From an uncultured delta proteobacterium (GTDB lineage: Bacteria; Desulfobacterota; Binatia; UBA9968), in assembly GCA_963840855.1 (NCBI GenBank), contig CAWJBB010000040.1, positions 192,001 to 256,000 of the forward strand: 64,000 nucleotides of DNA, given 5' to 3'. Below, one piece after another: positions 48,565 through 58,611 of this stretch. How positions within the stretch are numbered: position 1 is the stretch's first letter; every line of letters begins with the position of its first letter. The notes beneath the pieces are model-generated. The model was given only the letters and a program-made list of their open reading frames with translations, was not told the DNA's origin and ran no database searches. Both the position numbers and the translations under genes were made by a program.

Positions 48565-49593
48565 TCACAACCCGTAGAGCGCTCGGGCGTTGTCGTCGAG
48601 GATCTTGTTAACGACAGGAGTAGGCACGGCGCCATCCTCTTTGAGCTTGCGCAGCGCCAGAATTTCCGAAGAGGTATCATTGTGGCCGTAGTCGGTGCCG
48701 ATCACCAGCATGTCGTCGCCGGAGTACTTGAGCACGTAGGGAAGATCGTCATCGGTCTGGCAGGTGACCCAGATCTTGTTCTTGCGCAACACCTCGCTCT
48801 TGTCGACTTTGACTCCGCTGCGCTCTAAACGCCGCGCGAAGTCGTGGATCGCATACGGGACCCATTGCGAGCTGACTTCGATAAAGGCCCATTTGGTCTT
48901 GGGAAATTTTTCTGGAATCCGGTTGAAAATCAGCGAGTGAAACGAGCCAACCACCGCGAGCTTGAACTTGTTAAAGCCGCACTCGTTGAGAAAATAATCA
49001 TGCACGACGAAGCTCCCGGTGGCGGAGTGCACGCAGATCGGCAGATCCAGCCTGCCGGCCTCCTCGTAGATCGGAAAGAAATGCGCGTCGCTAACATGCT
49101 TATCGCCCTCCAGGCCGCGCATAAAGATGCCGCAGGCGCCGTTCCGTTTGGCGAAGCGAGCTTCCTCGATCGCTTCGTCCATGGAAAGCAGCGGCAGCAC
49201 CGCCACCCAACGCAGCCGATCCGGCTGAGCTTTCCAAATATCGACGAGCCACCGGTTGTAGCTCCGGGTCACGGCCAGCTCGACTTCCGGCCGGCGCGTA
49301 AAAGGCCGCAAGAAGATTGTCGGATAGAGCACCTGGACGTCGATATCGAGCTCGTCCATATGCTTGAGGCGCGCCGCGATATCCTCCATCTCCCGCGATT
49401 CCTTCGCGGTATCGTGGCCGACGTTACGCGCCTTACCAATATGCGTGCCGTCGACGAGCCATGATTCGCCGCCGGAAGTCGGATCGTTCGGCGTTGGCAC
49501 GATGCGCGGCCGATGCTGTCGCTCCGACTCCAACATGTAATCCCAGGTGCGCTCGGTTTCCAACACATGTGCGTCAGAGTCGATGACCGCCAT
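48565..49593 (-). CDS. Amidohydrolase_2 family protein
   Basis: IDSDAH, QVLYPT, ICVH, GTDYGH, ILDDNARALY. Confidence 0.9.
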   Translation of the reverse strand: MAVIDSDAHVLETERTWDYMLESERQHRPRIVPTPNDPTSGGESWLVDGTHIGKARNVGHDTAKESREMEDIAARLKHMDELDIDVQVLYPTIFLRPFTRRPEVELAVTRSYNRWLVDIWKAQPDRLRWVAVLPLLSMDEAIEEARFAKRNGACGIFMRGLEGDKHVSDAHFFPIYEEAGRLDLPICVHSATGSFVVHDYFLNECGFNKFKLAVVGSFHSLIFNRIPEKFPKTKWAFIEVSSQWVPYAIHDFARRLERSGVKVDKSEVLRKNKIWVTCQTDDDLPYVLKYSGDDMLVIGTDYGHNDTSSEILALRKLKEDGAVPTPVVNKILDDNARALYGL

Positions 49594-49595
49594 CT

Positions 49596-49808
49596 TTAAA
49601 GCCCTCCTAAATTTCTCTTTGCCGAGGCGGGCGCGGGCTGGGTTTTGTCCGTTTTGGATCCCAGCGAAGCGTTGCAGCCCTGGCAAGTATAGTCATAAAG
49701 GTCGCCATCGGGGAGCACGAGCAAAAGCCGCTCGCGCACCGGCATCGCCTTGCGGCAGCTGTTACAGTAAAGCAGCGTCGCGTTGAACTGGCCGAAGCTT
49801 GGTTCCAC
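49596..49808 (-). CDS. Small zinc-ribbon protein
   Basis: CNSC…CQGC, LLLVLPDGDLYDY; RBS GGAG before GTG. Confidence 0.7.
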   Translation of the reverse strand: MEPSFGQFNATLLYCNSCRKAMPVRERLLLVLPDGDLYDYTCQGCNASLGSKTDKTQPAPASAKRNLGGL

Positions 49809-49831
49809 GGACTCTCCTGAAACGGTTATGT

Positions 49832-49896
49832 GTCTAGAGTCTCGGGTGCCAGACGCTCAGCAAATAACTCTAGACTCTAGACTTGAGACTCTAGAC
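49832..49896. repeat. ACTCTAG heptamer palindromic repeat
   Basis: GTCTAGAGTCTCG … ACTCTAG-ACTCTAG-ACTTGAG-ACTCTAG-AC, abutting the EF-G stop. Confidence 0.75.
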
Positions 49897-49898
49897 CC

Positions 49899-51995
49899 TC
49901 AGTGCTCCTGTTGTTCAGCGCTCTTACGCGCCTGGGCGTCCTTAATTACTTTTTCCGCCAAATGACTGGGTAACTCTTCATAATGCGAAAACTCCAGATG
50001 AAACTCACCGCGGCCGCTGGTGAGCGCGCGGAGATCCGGGGCGTATTTTAACACTTCGGACATGGGCACCTTGGACTTGATTATCTGACTATGCCCTTTG
50101 GTGTCCATACCCAGGACTTTGCCGCGCCGGCTGTTCAGATCGCCGATGACGTCGCCCATGCATTCATCCGGCACCGTTACGTCCATGTTCATGATCGGCT
50201 CGAGGATCACTGGCTTCGCCTTCTCCACGGCATTCTTGAATCCAAGGGATGCGGCGATCTTGAAAGCCATGTCCGAGGAGTCCACGTCGTGATAGGAACC
50301 GTCATAGAGCGTCACGCGCAGATCCACCATGGGATAACCGGCGAGATAACCGCCGGTCATCGCCTCTCTGATTCCCTTTTCCACCGCCGGAATATAATTG
50401 CGCGGAATCGCGCCGCCGACGATCTCGTCGACAAACTCGAACCCTGCACCATGGGGCAGGGGCTCGACCCTGAGCCAGGTGTCGCCGAACTGGCCGCGCC
50501 CACCGGTCTGTTTCTTGAGTCGTCCCTGGGCGCTGGCTTTTCCCCGGATGGTTTCCTTGTACGGCACCTTGGGCGCCTTGAGCACGACGTCGGCGCCATA
50601 TTTGCGCTTTAACTTTTCAACGATGATCTCGATATGCTGCTGCCCCATGCCCGACAGGATAAAGTCCCGGGTTTCCTCGTCCCGGTGCACTTCGATGGTC
50701 AGGTCTTCCTCCATCATGCGATGGAGCCCCTGCGGCACTTTCTCTTCATCGACTTTGCTCTTGGGCTCGAGGGCGAAAGAAATCACCGGCGAAAAGTGCG
50801 GCGGGCCCGCGTACTGGATAGGCGCCTTTTCGTCGCACAAAGTATCACCCGTGGTTATGTCCTTGAGCTTGGCCGCCGCAACGATATCGCCCACTGAGAC
50901 ATCTTTGGCCGGTTCCTGTTTCTTCCCCTCCAGACGGAACATGTGGGCGATCTTTTCTTTGCTTTGTTTGTTCGAATTGTAACAAGCGCCGTCGTGGTTA
51001 AGCGTTCCCGACATGACGCGCATCACCGATAACTTGCCGGCGAAGGGGTCGCTAATGGTTTTAAACACGTAGGCGGAAAACGGCGCGCTCGGGTCCGGCT
51101 TGCGTTTTTCCGCTTCGCCGCTGGAGGGATTTTTGCCTTCAGGTTCGCCTTCGTCGATGGGGGAGGGCAAATAATCGGCAACCGCGTCCAGCAATCGGTC
51201 AATTCCGATTTGGCGGGTTGACGAGCCAAAGAGGATCGGAAAAACCTGGCGCTCCAAGGTGGCCTTGCGCAGCGCCCGCTTCAGCTCATCCAGCGAAAGC
51301 TCCTGGCCGTCCAAATATTTTTCCAAAAGCGCGTCATCGGTCTCCGAGACCGTTTCTATGAGCTCGAGGCGCATTGTTTCCGCCGTCTCTTTAAGATCGG
51401 CCGGGATTTCCGCTTCCGAGGATTTGCCGGTGTCACCTTCATAGAGATACGCCTTCATGGAGAGCAGATCGACGACGCCTTTAAACTCAGCTTCGGCGCC
51501 GATGGGTAGCTGGAGACATAATCCCTTGGCCTCTAAGGTCTCGAGCAAGCTTTTGACACGCTCGTGGGCGTCGGCCGGCTCGTGGTCCATTTTGTTGACG
51601 AAAAAAACCCGGCTAATCCGCTGCTCGTTGGCCTCGATCCATAAGCGCTCCGACTCGACCCGGAGACCGACCATGGGATTGAGCACGAAGACGGCGCCGC
51701 CGAATGCGCGCAGGCAGTTGATCGAATCCGCCAGAAACGCCGCGTAGCCCGGCGTATCCACCAGGGTCATGGGATGCTTTGTCCAGTTCAAGGAATGAAA
51801 TGCGGTGGAAATCGAAACATGATGCTTGACCTCCTCCGGTTCATGATCAAACACCGACGTGCCGTCCAGAACCCGCCCGAGCCGCTGGGTCGCTCCCGCC
51901 GTGAACAGCATCGCTTCGCCGAGCGAGGTTTTTCCCGAACCGCCCTGGCCCAAAATGCCGACATTACGAAGTTTCTCCAGTTCCGCTATTGCCAT
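49899..51995 (-). CDS. fusA: Elongation factor G paralog (EF-G II)
   Basis: GQGGSGKT, DTPG, NKMD, KKQTGGRGQFG, GSYHDVDSS; G2 motif RGITI replaced by HHVSI. Confidence 0.9.
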   Translation of the reverse strand: MAIAELEKLRNVGILGQGGSGKTSLGEAMLFTAGATQRLGRVLDGTSVFDHEPEEVKHHVSISTAFHSLNWTKHPMTLVDTPGYAAFLADSINCLRAFGGAVFVLNPMVGLRVESERLWIEANEQRISRVFFVNKMDHEPADAHERVKSLLETLEAKGLCLQLPIGAEAEFKGVVDLLSMKAYLYEGDTGKSSEAEIPADLKETAETMRLELIETVSETDDALLEKYLDGQELSLDELKRALRKATLERQVFPILFGSSTRQIGIDRLLDAVADYLPSPIDEGEPEGKNPSSGEAEKRKPDPSAPFSAYVFKTISDPFAGKLSVMRVMSGTLNHDGACYNSNKQSKEKIAHMFRLEGKKQEPAKDVSVGDIVAAAKLKDITTGDTLCDEKAPIQYAGPPHFSPVISFALEPKSKVDEEKVPQGLHRMMEEDLTIEVHRDEETRDFILSGMGQQHIEIIVEKLKRKYGADVVLKAPKVPYKETIRGKASAQGRLKKQTGGRGQFGDTWLRVEPLPHGAGFEFVDEIVGGAIPRNYIPAVEKGIREAMTGGYLAGYPMVDLRVTLYDGSYHDVDSSDMAFKIAASLGFKNAVEKAKPVILEPIMNMDVTVPDECMGDVIGDLNSRRGKVLGMDTKGHSQIIKSKVPMSEVLKYAPDLRALTSGRGEFHLEFSHYEELPSHLAEKVIKDAQARKSAEQQEH

Positions 51996-52019
51996 GACTT
52001 TGGCGTCCTTCCGATGAAA

Positions 52020-52814
52020 TTATTTTTGCGCCCTGGCTTGCACTTCTCGCAACACGTTGCGTTCATAAATGATTCTCAGCCCGTCGAGAGTCAAAAAATC
52101 GTCCACCTCACTGATCGTCGAACACGCGGAGGCGATCAACGAGGCCAGACCGCCCGTGGCCACCACCTTGGACGGCATGCCATGTTCGATCTGCATGCGA
52201 CGAACGATGCCATCCACCAAGCCGGCGTAACCAAAAAAGATGCCCGCTTGAATCGAGCTTACAGTGTTTTTACCGATCACCTCTTTAGGCTTTATGACTT
52301 CGATCCGGGGCAATTTGGCAGCCCGCTCTACCAGCGCCTCGAGTGCAATTGAAAGACCTGGCGCGATGGCGCCGCCGATATACTCGCCTTTCTTGGAAAT
52401 AAGATCGATGGTCGTGGCGGTGCCGAAATCTACGATGATGCAGGTGTCATGGTATTTTTCATAGGCGGCGACGCCGTTGACGATGCGGTCCGCGCCGACA
52501 TCCTTCGGGCTTTCATACAGGATCGGCATTCCGGTCTTGATCCCCGGCCCGACGATCAGCGGGTCGAGTTTGAAAAACTTTCGCGCTAACTCCTGGGTCG
52601 TCGTGAGCATGGGCGGCACCACGCAGGAAGCTACGATGGCGCTAATTTGCTCGCAGCGGAACTCCTCGGTGGCGATGAGTTGCGCGATCAACACGCCGTA
52701 TTCGTCGGCGGTGCGTTCAGATTGCGTGGCTAGGCGCCAATGGGTAATTAGCTTTTTACCCCGGTAAAGGCCCAGAACGATGTTGGTGTTGCCGATGTCG
52801 ATGGCCAAAAGCAT
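52020..52814 (-). CDS. coaX: Type III pantothenate kinase
   Basis: LAIDIGNTN, VGADR, VDFGTATT, GGAIAPG, ATGG. Confidence 0.95.
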   Translation of the reverse strand: MLLAIDIGNTNIVLGLYRGKKLITHWRLATQSERTADEYGVLIAQLIATEEFRCEQISAIVASCVVPPMLTTTQELARKFFKLDPLIVGPGIKTGMPILYESPKDVGADRIVNGVAAYEKYHDTCIIVDFGTATTIDLISKKGEYIGGAIAPGLSIALEALVERAAKLPRIEVIKPKEVIGKNTVSSIQAGIFFGYAGLVDGIVRRMQIEHGMPSKVVATGGLASLIASACSTISEVDDFLTLDGLRIIYERNVLREVQARAQK

Positions 52815-52825
52815 TTTAGTTATCT

Positions 52826-53665
52826 TCACTCTTCAATGGGAATCACATCGCCGGCGACGATTCGCTGGCGCCCGCCGTCGGGCGACTCGATAATTAGAGC
52901 CCCGTCCGCGTCGATGCCGATGGCGCGGCCAATGATGGTCCGGTCCGTCATCGCGACGCGCACGCGCCGCCCGCGCAAGCCGAAGCGGGCGTCCCACCGG
53001 GACGCGAGTGCCGCGAATCCCGTTTCTTCGAGAATTCCATAGCACCTGTCAAGGTCTTGAAGCAATCGCCGCAAGAAGCCCTCCCGGCTGACGCTCTTTC
53101 CCGCCAGAGCGGACAACGAAGTGGCGCGCTCACGAATCTCCGGGGGCATCGAGTCAAGCGGAAAATTGAGATTGACTCCGATGCCGAGAACGACGAACTC
53201 GACCCGTTGAGAATTCGACACCGCTTCCGCCAGCACCCCGGCCAGTTTTTTGTCCCCGGCCAATATATCGTTGGGCCATTTGATTACCGGCGCCACCGGG
53301 CTAAAACTTTCGATGGCGTCCGCCAAAGCCACCGCGGCGGTCAAAGTGATCCGCGGCGTATGGGCCGGCGGCAAAGTGGGACGGAGAATGATCGAGCAAT
53401 ACAGATTGACATAGGGCGGCGATACCCAACGCCGCCCCAGACGACCCCGGCCCAGGGTCTGCCGCTCGGCGATTACGATCGCGCCTTGGGGTTCGCCGCG
53501 TTCGGCCAGCGCTCGCGCATGGTTATTCGTCGAGTCGATTTCGCGGAAATAATAGAACCGGGTTCCCAGGCGCCTGAGGGCGAGGCCAGCTTCGACGTCG
53601 CGGATGCGAAGCCGGCGCGCCTCCGCCGCTACAGCGCAACTATGGTTATGGTCACGCGGCAACAT
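52826..53665 (-). CDS. birA: Biotin-protein ligase without N-terminal HTH
   Basis: DSTN, QTLGRGRLGRRW, KWPND, GIGVN; start uncertain. Confidence 0.92.
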   Translation of the reverse strand: MLPRDHNHSCAVAAEARRLRIRDVEAGLALRRLGTRFYYFREIDSTNNHARALAERGEPQGAIVIAERQTLGRGRLGRRWVSPPYVNLYCSIILRPTLPPAHTPRITLTAAVALADAIESFSPVAPVIKWPNDILAGDKKLAGVLAEAVSNSQRVEFVVLGIGVNLNFPLDSMPPEIRERATSLSALAGKSVSREGFLRRLLQDLDRCYGILEETGFAALASRWDARFGLRGRRVRVAMTDRTIIGRAIGIDADGALIIESPDGGRQRIVAGDVIPIEE

Positions 53666-54506
53666 TCAGGGTTATTTTCATGTTGAAATCCACCACCGGC
53701 GCGGAATGGGTGAGCGCTCCCGACGAAATGAAATCGACGCCGGTCTCGGCGACCTGCCGGATCGTTTCCAGTGTGATGCCGCCCGATGCCTCCAACCAGG
53801 CCCGTTTGTTGACCAGACGCACCGCCTCGGCCATCTGCGCGATGGACATATTGTCGAGCATGATGACATCCGCGCCGGCATCGACGGCCTCTTGGACTTG
53901 CTTAAAGTTGCCGGCTTCCACTTCGACCTTGGCCATGAACGGCGCATGGCGTCTTACCGCCTTGACGGCTTCGGCGATGGACCCGGTGGCCTCGATATGA
54001 TTATCCTTCACCAGCGCCGCATCATAGAGGCCGATGCGGTGATTCATGCCGCCACCCATGCGTACGGCGTATTTTTCCAAGGTGCGCAGCCCTGGCGTGG
54101 TCTTCCTCGTATCGAGCACCTTGCAGGGAAATCCTTTGATCGCTTCGACGTACTTGCGCGTGAGCGTGGCCGTGCCGGAGAGCCGCTGCAAAAAATTGAG
54201 GGCGGTGCGTTCCGCCAACAACAACGCGCGCACCGGGCCCACGGCTTCCGCCGCCACCATCCCCGACTTAACCGCGTCGCCGTCCCTGGTCAAAAGACGA
54301 ACTTCGACTCTGGGGTCGATAAAATAAAAGATGCGGTCGAGCAGCACCAGCCCCGCCACCACGCCGTCTTTTTTTGCGCGAAACAGCCCCTTGCCTTGGG
54401 TGTCCGCGGCAATCGTCGCCATGGTGGCGAGATCGCCGGGACCGATATCTTCATCCAGCGAGTCGCGAATCAATCGCTCGATCTGCGGCGTAACGAGAAT
54501 ATCCAT
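53652..54506 (-). CDS. nadC: Nicotinate-nucleotide pyrophosphorylase (carboxylating)
   Basis: ERTALNFLQRLSG, DTRKTTPG, KDNH, MLDN, EASGG. Confidence 0.96.
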   Translation of the reverse strand: MDILVTPQIERLIRDSLDEDIGPGDLATMATIAADTQGKGLFRAKKDGVVAGLVLLDRIFYFIDPRVEVRLLTRDGDAVKSGMVAAEAVGPVRALLLAERTALNFLQRLSGTATLTRKYVEAIKGFPCKVLDTRKTTPGLRTLEKYAVRMGGGMNHRIGLYDAALVKDNHIEATGSIAEAVKAVRRHAPFMAKVEVEAGNFKQVQEAVDAGADVIMLDNMSIAQMAEAVRLVNKRAWLEASGGITLETIRQVAETGVDFISSGALTHSAPVVDFNMKITLNVAA

Positions 54507-54511
54507 GATCC

Positions 54512-57265
54512 TCAGTGCCTCCCTGCCTTGAGTTCTTCAATGCGCGCGATGCTAAGATTGAGCGCGCGCAGCTTATCTTCAAACTGCAGCGCCTTCTCCC
54601 GTTCTTTTTGCACGATCTCTTCCTTGGCCTTGCTGAGAAAATCGCCGTTGCCAAGCTTTTTCTGCACCCGCGCCAGCTCATCGGTAATCTTGCGCGCCTC
54701 TTTATTAAGCCGGACATGTTCTTCATCGAGGTTGAGCAAATCGTCCAGGGGAAGATAAATCTCCGTGGCCCCAACGATGGCGGTAGCCGCGCCTTTGGGG
54801 CGATCTTCGCCCGCGAAATAGTCCGCCGCGCCCACGCGGGCAAGCAGGCGCAGATACGCGGCATGCTCTCGAAGCATCGCGAGATCGCGCTCTGCCCCAT
54901 GGAAAATCACTTTAACTTCTTTGCCCGGCGGGCAGTTAAGCTCGGTGCGGAGATTTCTTACGGCGCGAATCACGCCCATGAGAAACTCCATGTCGCTCTC
55001 GGCCGCCGTATCGCGCCAGGACTCGGCGGCGCGCGGGTACGCTTCGAGCATGATCGTTTTGCCCCTGCCGGCCAAAACCTGCCAGATCTCTTCCGTAACG
55101 AAGGGCATGATCGGATGGAGCAAGAGAAGAATCTGTTCCAGCAACTCCACGAGCAGCTGCCGGATGCGCGCGCCATCTTCCCCGGGCGCGCCGCTCAGCG
55201 CCAGCTTGCTCATCTCGATATACCAGTCACAGAACTCATGCCAGGTAAACTGATAAAGCACGTTGGCGAAGTCGTTAAAGCGATAAGCTTCGAGGGCGCC
55301 GCGGGCTTCAGTAATGGCCGCAGCTAAACGCGAACGAATCCAGCGTTCGGCGAAGCTTAACGTCGCCGCGCCGAGGACCGAGGGCTTGCCGGCAAAGTCG
55401 GCGGCGCCGCGCGGCGCGTTCATCAATACGAAACGCGCCGCGTTCCAGAGCTTGTTGACAAAATTTTGATAGCCGGCGATGCGCTCTGGAGCGAGCTTGA
55501 TGTCGCGCCCCATGGCCGCCATAGCGGCCAGGGTAAAGCGAAAAGCATCCGTGCCGTACTCGGCCATGATATCAAGGGGATCGATGACGTTGCCCCTGGA
55601 CTTGGACATTTTCTGGCCAAACTCATCGCGCACCAGGGCGTGAATGTAAACATCACGAAAGGGCACGTCGTCCATGAACTTGAGCCCCATCATGATCATG
55701 CGCGCAACCCAGAAAAAGAGAATATCGAAGCCGGTGACCAGAGTAGACGTTGGATAAAAGCCCTTGAGGTCCTCCGTACGCTCAGGCCAACCCAAGGTGG
55801 AGAAAGGCCAGAGGCCCGAAGAGAACCAGGTGTCGAGCACGTCGGGGTCCTGGATCAATTCGGCGCCGCCGCAGCGCGGGCAATGGCTTGGCGTCTCCCG
55901 CCCGACGATGGGTTTGGCGTCTTTGTTCAAGAGATAATCGCCGCCGCCCGTCTTCAAGATATTCGCGCCGTCACAGCCCTTGCAGTACCAGGCGGGAATC
56001 TGATGACCCCACCAGATCTGCCGGGAGATGCACCAGTCCTTGATGTTTTCCATCCAGGCGAAATAGGAGTTGCTCCAGCCTTCGGGAATTATGCGAATAC
56101 TGCCGTCGCGCACCGCTGCCATTGCAGGTCCGGCCAGTGGCTTGATGTCGACGAACCACTGGGGCGTCAGATAGGGCTCGATCAGTGTCTGGCAGCGGTA
56201 ACAGTGGCCGATGGCATGGCGCTGCGCTTCGACCTTTTCCAGAAAGCCCTGTTCTTGTAGTTCAGCGACCACGAGCCTGCGCGCTTCAAAGCGGTCTTTG
56301 CCGCGGTAGCGCTCGATCCAGGCGCCATTTTCACCGCGGGCGGAAAAGTCCGCGGCGTCGATCCGCGCATCGGCATCGAAGATGGCGATCTTGTCGAGAC
56401 CGTGCCGTTCGCCGATTTCATAATCGTTGAAGTCGTGGCCCGGGGTGATCTTGAGCACGCCGGTGCCGAATTCCTTATCGACGTAAGCATCGGTGATCAG
56501 CGGAACCACCCGGTCGGTGATCGGCAGCCGGATCTTTTTCCCGTGCAACGCCCGGTAGCGGTTATCCTCCGGATGCACGGCCACCGCAGTGTCGCCCAGC
56601 ATGGTCTCCGGACGCGTGGTGGCAACGATCAAATGACGCGCCGGATCGTCCGCCAGGGGATAGCGGATATACCATAGATTACCGTCGCGCTCTTCGTGCA
56701 CCACTTCGATATCGGCGAGGGCAGTCTTGCAGCGCGGGCACCAGTTGATCAGCCGCTCGGCCCGGTACAAGAGCTTGTCCTCCCAAAGCCGGACAAAAGC
56801 CTCGCGCACCGCCCGCGACAGTCCTTCATCCATGGTGAAGCGCTCATGCCGCCAATCACAGGACACGCCGAGGGCTTTTAACTGATGCAGGATCGTGTCG
56901 CCCGCCTCCGCCTTCCATTGCCAAACCCGTTCGACAAATTTTTCCCGTCCCAATTGCGCGCGGGTAAGGCCGCGCTCGGCGAGCTGGCGCTCGACGACAT
57001 TTTGCGTGGCGATGCCGGCATGGTCTGTGCCAGGCACCCAGAGGACGCGAGAACCGTCCATTCGCTTGAACCGGCAAAGGACGTCCTGGAGCGTGTTGTT
57101 CAGCGCATGGCCCATGTGCAGTGAACCCGTCACGTTGGGCGGCGGGATGACGATGGAATAATACGGCGCCGCCCCGGGGGCCGGCTCGAAGGCGCCGCTA
57201 TCTAGCCAATACTTATACCACTTCGCTTCGATGTCCCTGTGGTTATAGGACTTTGGGAGTTCCAT
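54512..57265 (-). CDS. valS: Valine-tRNA ligase
   Basis: PPPNVTGSLHMGH, DWCISRQ, DVLDTWFSS, KMSKS, C-terminal coiled coil. Confidence 0.97.
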   Translation of the reverse strand: MELPKSYNHRDIEAKWYKYWLDSGAFEPAPGAAPYYSIVIPPPNVTGSLHMGHALNNTLQDVLCRFKRMDGSRVLWVPGTDHAGIATQNVVERQLAERGLTRAQLGREKFVERVWQWKAEAGDTILHQLKALGVSCDWRHERFTMDEGLSRAVREAFVRLWEDKLLYRAERLINWCPRCKTALADIEVVHEERDGNLWYIRYPLADDPARHLIVATTRPETMLGDTAVAVHPEDNRYRALHGKKIRLPITDRVVPLITDAYVDKEFGTGVLKITPGHDFNDYEIGERHGLDKIAIFDADARIDAADFSARGENGAWIERYRGKDRFEARRLVVAELQEQGFLEKVEAQRHAIGHCYRCQTLIEPYLTPQWFVDIKPLAGPAMAAVRDGSIRIIPEGWSNSYFAWMENIKDWCISRQIWWGHQIPAWYCKGCDGANILKTGGGDYLLNKDAKPIVGRETPSHCPRCGGAELIQDPDVLDTWFSSGLWPFSTLGWPERTEDLKGFYPTSTLVTGFDILFFWVARMIMMGLKFMDDVPFRDVYIHALVRDEFGQKMSKSRGNVIDPLDIMAEYGTDAFRFTLAAMAAMGRDIKLAPERIAGYQNFVNKLWNAARFVLMNAPRGAADFAGKPSVLGAATLSFAERWIRSRLAAAITEARGALEAYRFNDFANVLYQFTWHEFCDWYIEMSKLALSGAPGEDGARIRQLLVELLEQILLLLHPIMPFVTEEIWQVLAGRGKTIMLEAYPRAAESWRDTAAESDMEFLMGVIRAVRNLRTELNCPPGKEVKVIFHGAERDLAMLREHAAYLRLLARVGAADYFAGEDRPKGAATAIVGATEIYLPLDDLLNLDEEHVRLNKEARKITDELARVQKKLGNGDFLSKAKEEIVQKEREKALQFEDKLRALNLSIARIEELKAGRH

Positions 57266-57271
57266 CGGGTA

Positions 57272-57757
57272 CTACTTTTTTTTCTTCTCGCCCTTGCTTT
57301 GCTTGCCTGAGGACAATGGTTCGACGACATCGACGAGCTCGATGACGTTTCGCTCTTTCGCGGCCGCCGCGGCGGCGTTCTCCCCAGCTGCGTCTCCATC
57401 TCTGCCGGCCGCCGGCTCTAAATCTTGTCCCAGGCACTGCGCCAAAGCGGCGCGGATAGCTTTTCGCGAAACCGGCCGTTTGACGATCACCAGCTTGTCC
57501 CGCTTGGGCGGCTGAGGCGGGTCGCCATCGACCCATATGATCGGCGCTTTCCACGTCTCCATGGCGCGCAGCGTTTGCGCGGAGAGCGCGCTTGTCTCCC
57601 TCAGCGCCGCGGCGTCTACGATCACGGCCGCGAACTTCTGCAGCTCTCCGGCCTCGGGAATCGTCACTGACATCCGCGCTTCATGCTCGGGAAAAAGCGC
57701 GATGGCGGTGGCGTGTTGTAAAATTTTTCGCGGCTCAATGACTAAAATAGTGCTCAT
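57272..57757 (-). CDS. Hypothetical protein, degenerate receiver-like fold
   Basis: ILVIEP…AVIVD…PIIWV…KRP pattern; co-oriented just upstream of valS. Confidence 0.6.
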   Translation of the reverse strand: MSTILVIEPRKILQHATAIALFPEHEARMSVTIPEAGELQKFAAVIVDAAALRETSALSAQTLRAMETWKAPIIWVDGDPPQPPKRDKLVIVKRPVSRKAIRAALAQCLGQDLEPAAGRDGDAAGENAAAAAAKERNVIELVDVVEPLSSGKQSKGEKKKK

Positions 57758-57779
57758 GGCTCAGTCCATCCTCGTTATC

Positions 57780-57808
57780 TTGACAACCTTCGCACCCCAA
57801 GCTACAAA
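57780..57808 (+). promoter_or_regulatory. Putative sigma70 promoter of tRNA-Leu
   Basis: TTGACA, 17 bp, TACAAA. Confidence 0.6.
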
Positions 57809-57837
57809 AACTACCAGGACAGCGATTGGTCACAAGG

Positions 57838-57924
57838 GCGAAAGTGGCGGAACTGGTAGACGCGCAGGATTCAGGATCCTGTGGGGTAACACCCGTAGGG
57901 GTTCGACTCCCCTCTTTCGCACCA
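57838..57924 (+). tRNA. tRNA-Leu(CAG)
   Basis: Acceptor stem GCGAAAG/CTTTCGC + ACCA, D-loop GGTAGAC, anticodon arm CAGGA-TTCAGGA-TCCTG, long variable arm, GGTTCGACTCC. Confidence 0.96.
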
Positions 57925-58108
57925 GACAAAATTTACTTAGCATACAAGCCTGTCTTTCTCTAACATTCAACCCCTAGCGCTAGCTGATTGTGCGAGCTGC
58001 GCAAGCCGCGGCAGCGGGTACGCCGGACAAGCGGTAGATGGCGGAGAATGCGCAGTAAATTCGGTGGCGAACAATGTTCTCGCCGTCATTGGATCGGGGT
58101 GGGTTTTG

Positions 58109-58456
58109 GTGCAGCGAATACAAACAAATTTAGCCATCTTATTACTATGCGCGGCGCTGGTAATCAGCGCTTGTTCCGGAGATTCAGACAACTCTTCCGG
58201 CGCGGCAAAGGATCCGGATTGGCAACGCGGCCGGGCCGTCTACCTGGCGAACTGCGTTGCGTGCCACAATCTCGATCCCTCAAAAGACGGTCCCATCGGC
58301 CCCGCGCTGAAGGGATCATCCAGAGAGCTGATCGAGTACCGGGTGCTGCGCACGGAATATCCGCCGGGATACAAACCCAAGCGCAACACTAAATTGATGC
58401 CGACTTTTCCCTACCTGAAATCAGAAATTCCATACCTCGTGGCCTACCTGCGTTGA
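58109..58456 (+). CDS. Monoheme cytochrome c lipoprotein
   Basis: Lipobox VISAC, CVACH, GPAL, distal Met (LMP); start 58064 or 58109. Confidence 0.85.
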   Translation: MQRIQTNLAILLLCAALVISACSGDSDNSSGAAKDPDWQRGRAVYLANCVACHNLDPSKDGPIGPALKGSSRELIEYRVLRTEYPPGYKPKRNTKLMPTFPYLKSEIPYLVAYLR

Positions 58457-58611
58457 AGCGAGATTAGGCCGAGTTTACAGCGCTTGGCTTGCTGACGGGG
58501 CACCTTGACCTGACTACTGAACTGTGACATTTTCGCGCTAGCTTTTTTGCGGCGCCCGGAGCCTATCTGATTCACGAAACAAAAATCAAAACAGCGAGAG
58601 CCGAGCCCATA

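Noticed and set aside
53604-54758. Long alternative-frame and antisense ORFs (also 469-1401, 15333-16349, 38908-39708, 54515-55327)
   Set aside because: Typical shadows of high-GC genes with no recognisable motifs
57838-57924. tRNA-Leu as an integration site
   Set aside because: No integrase and no duplicated tRNA 3' end seen in the window
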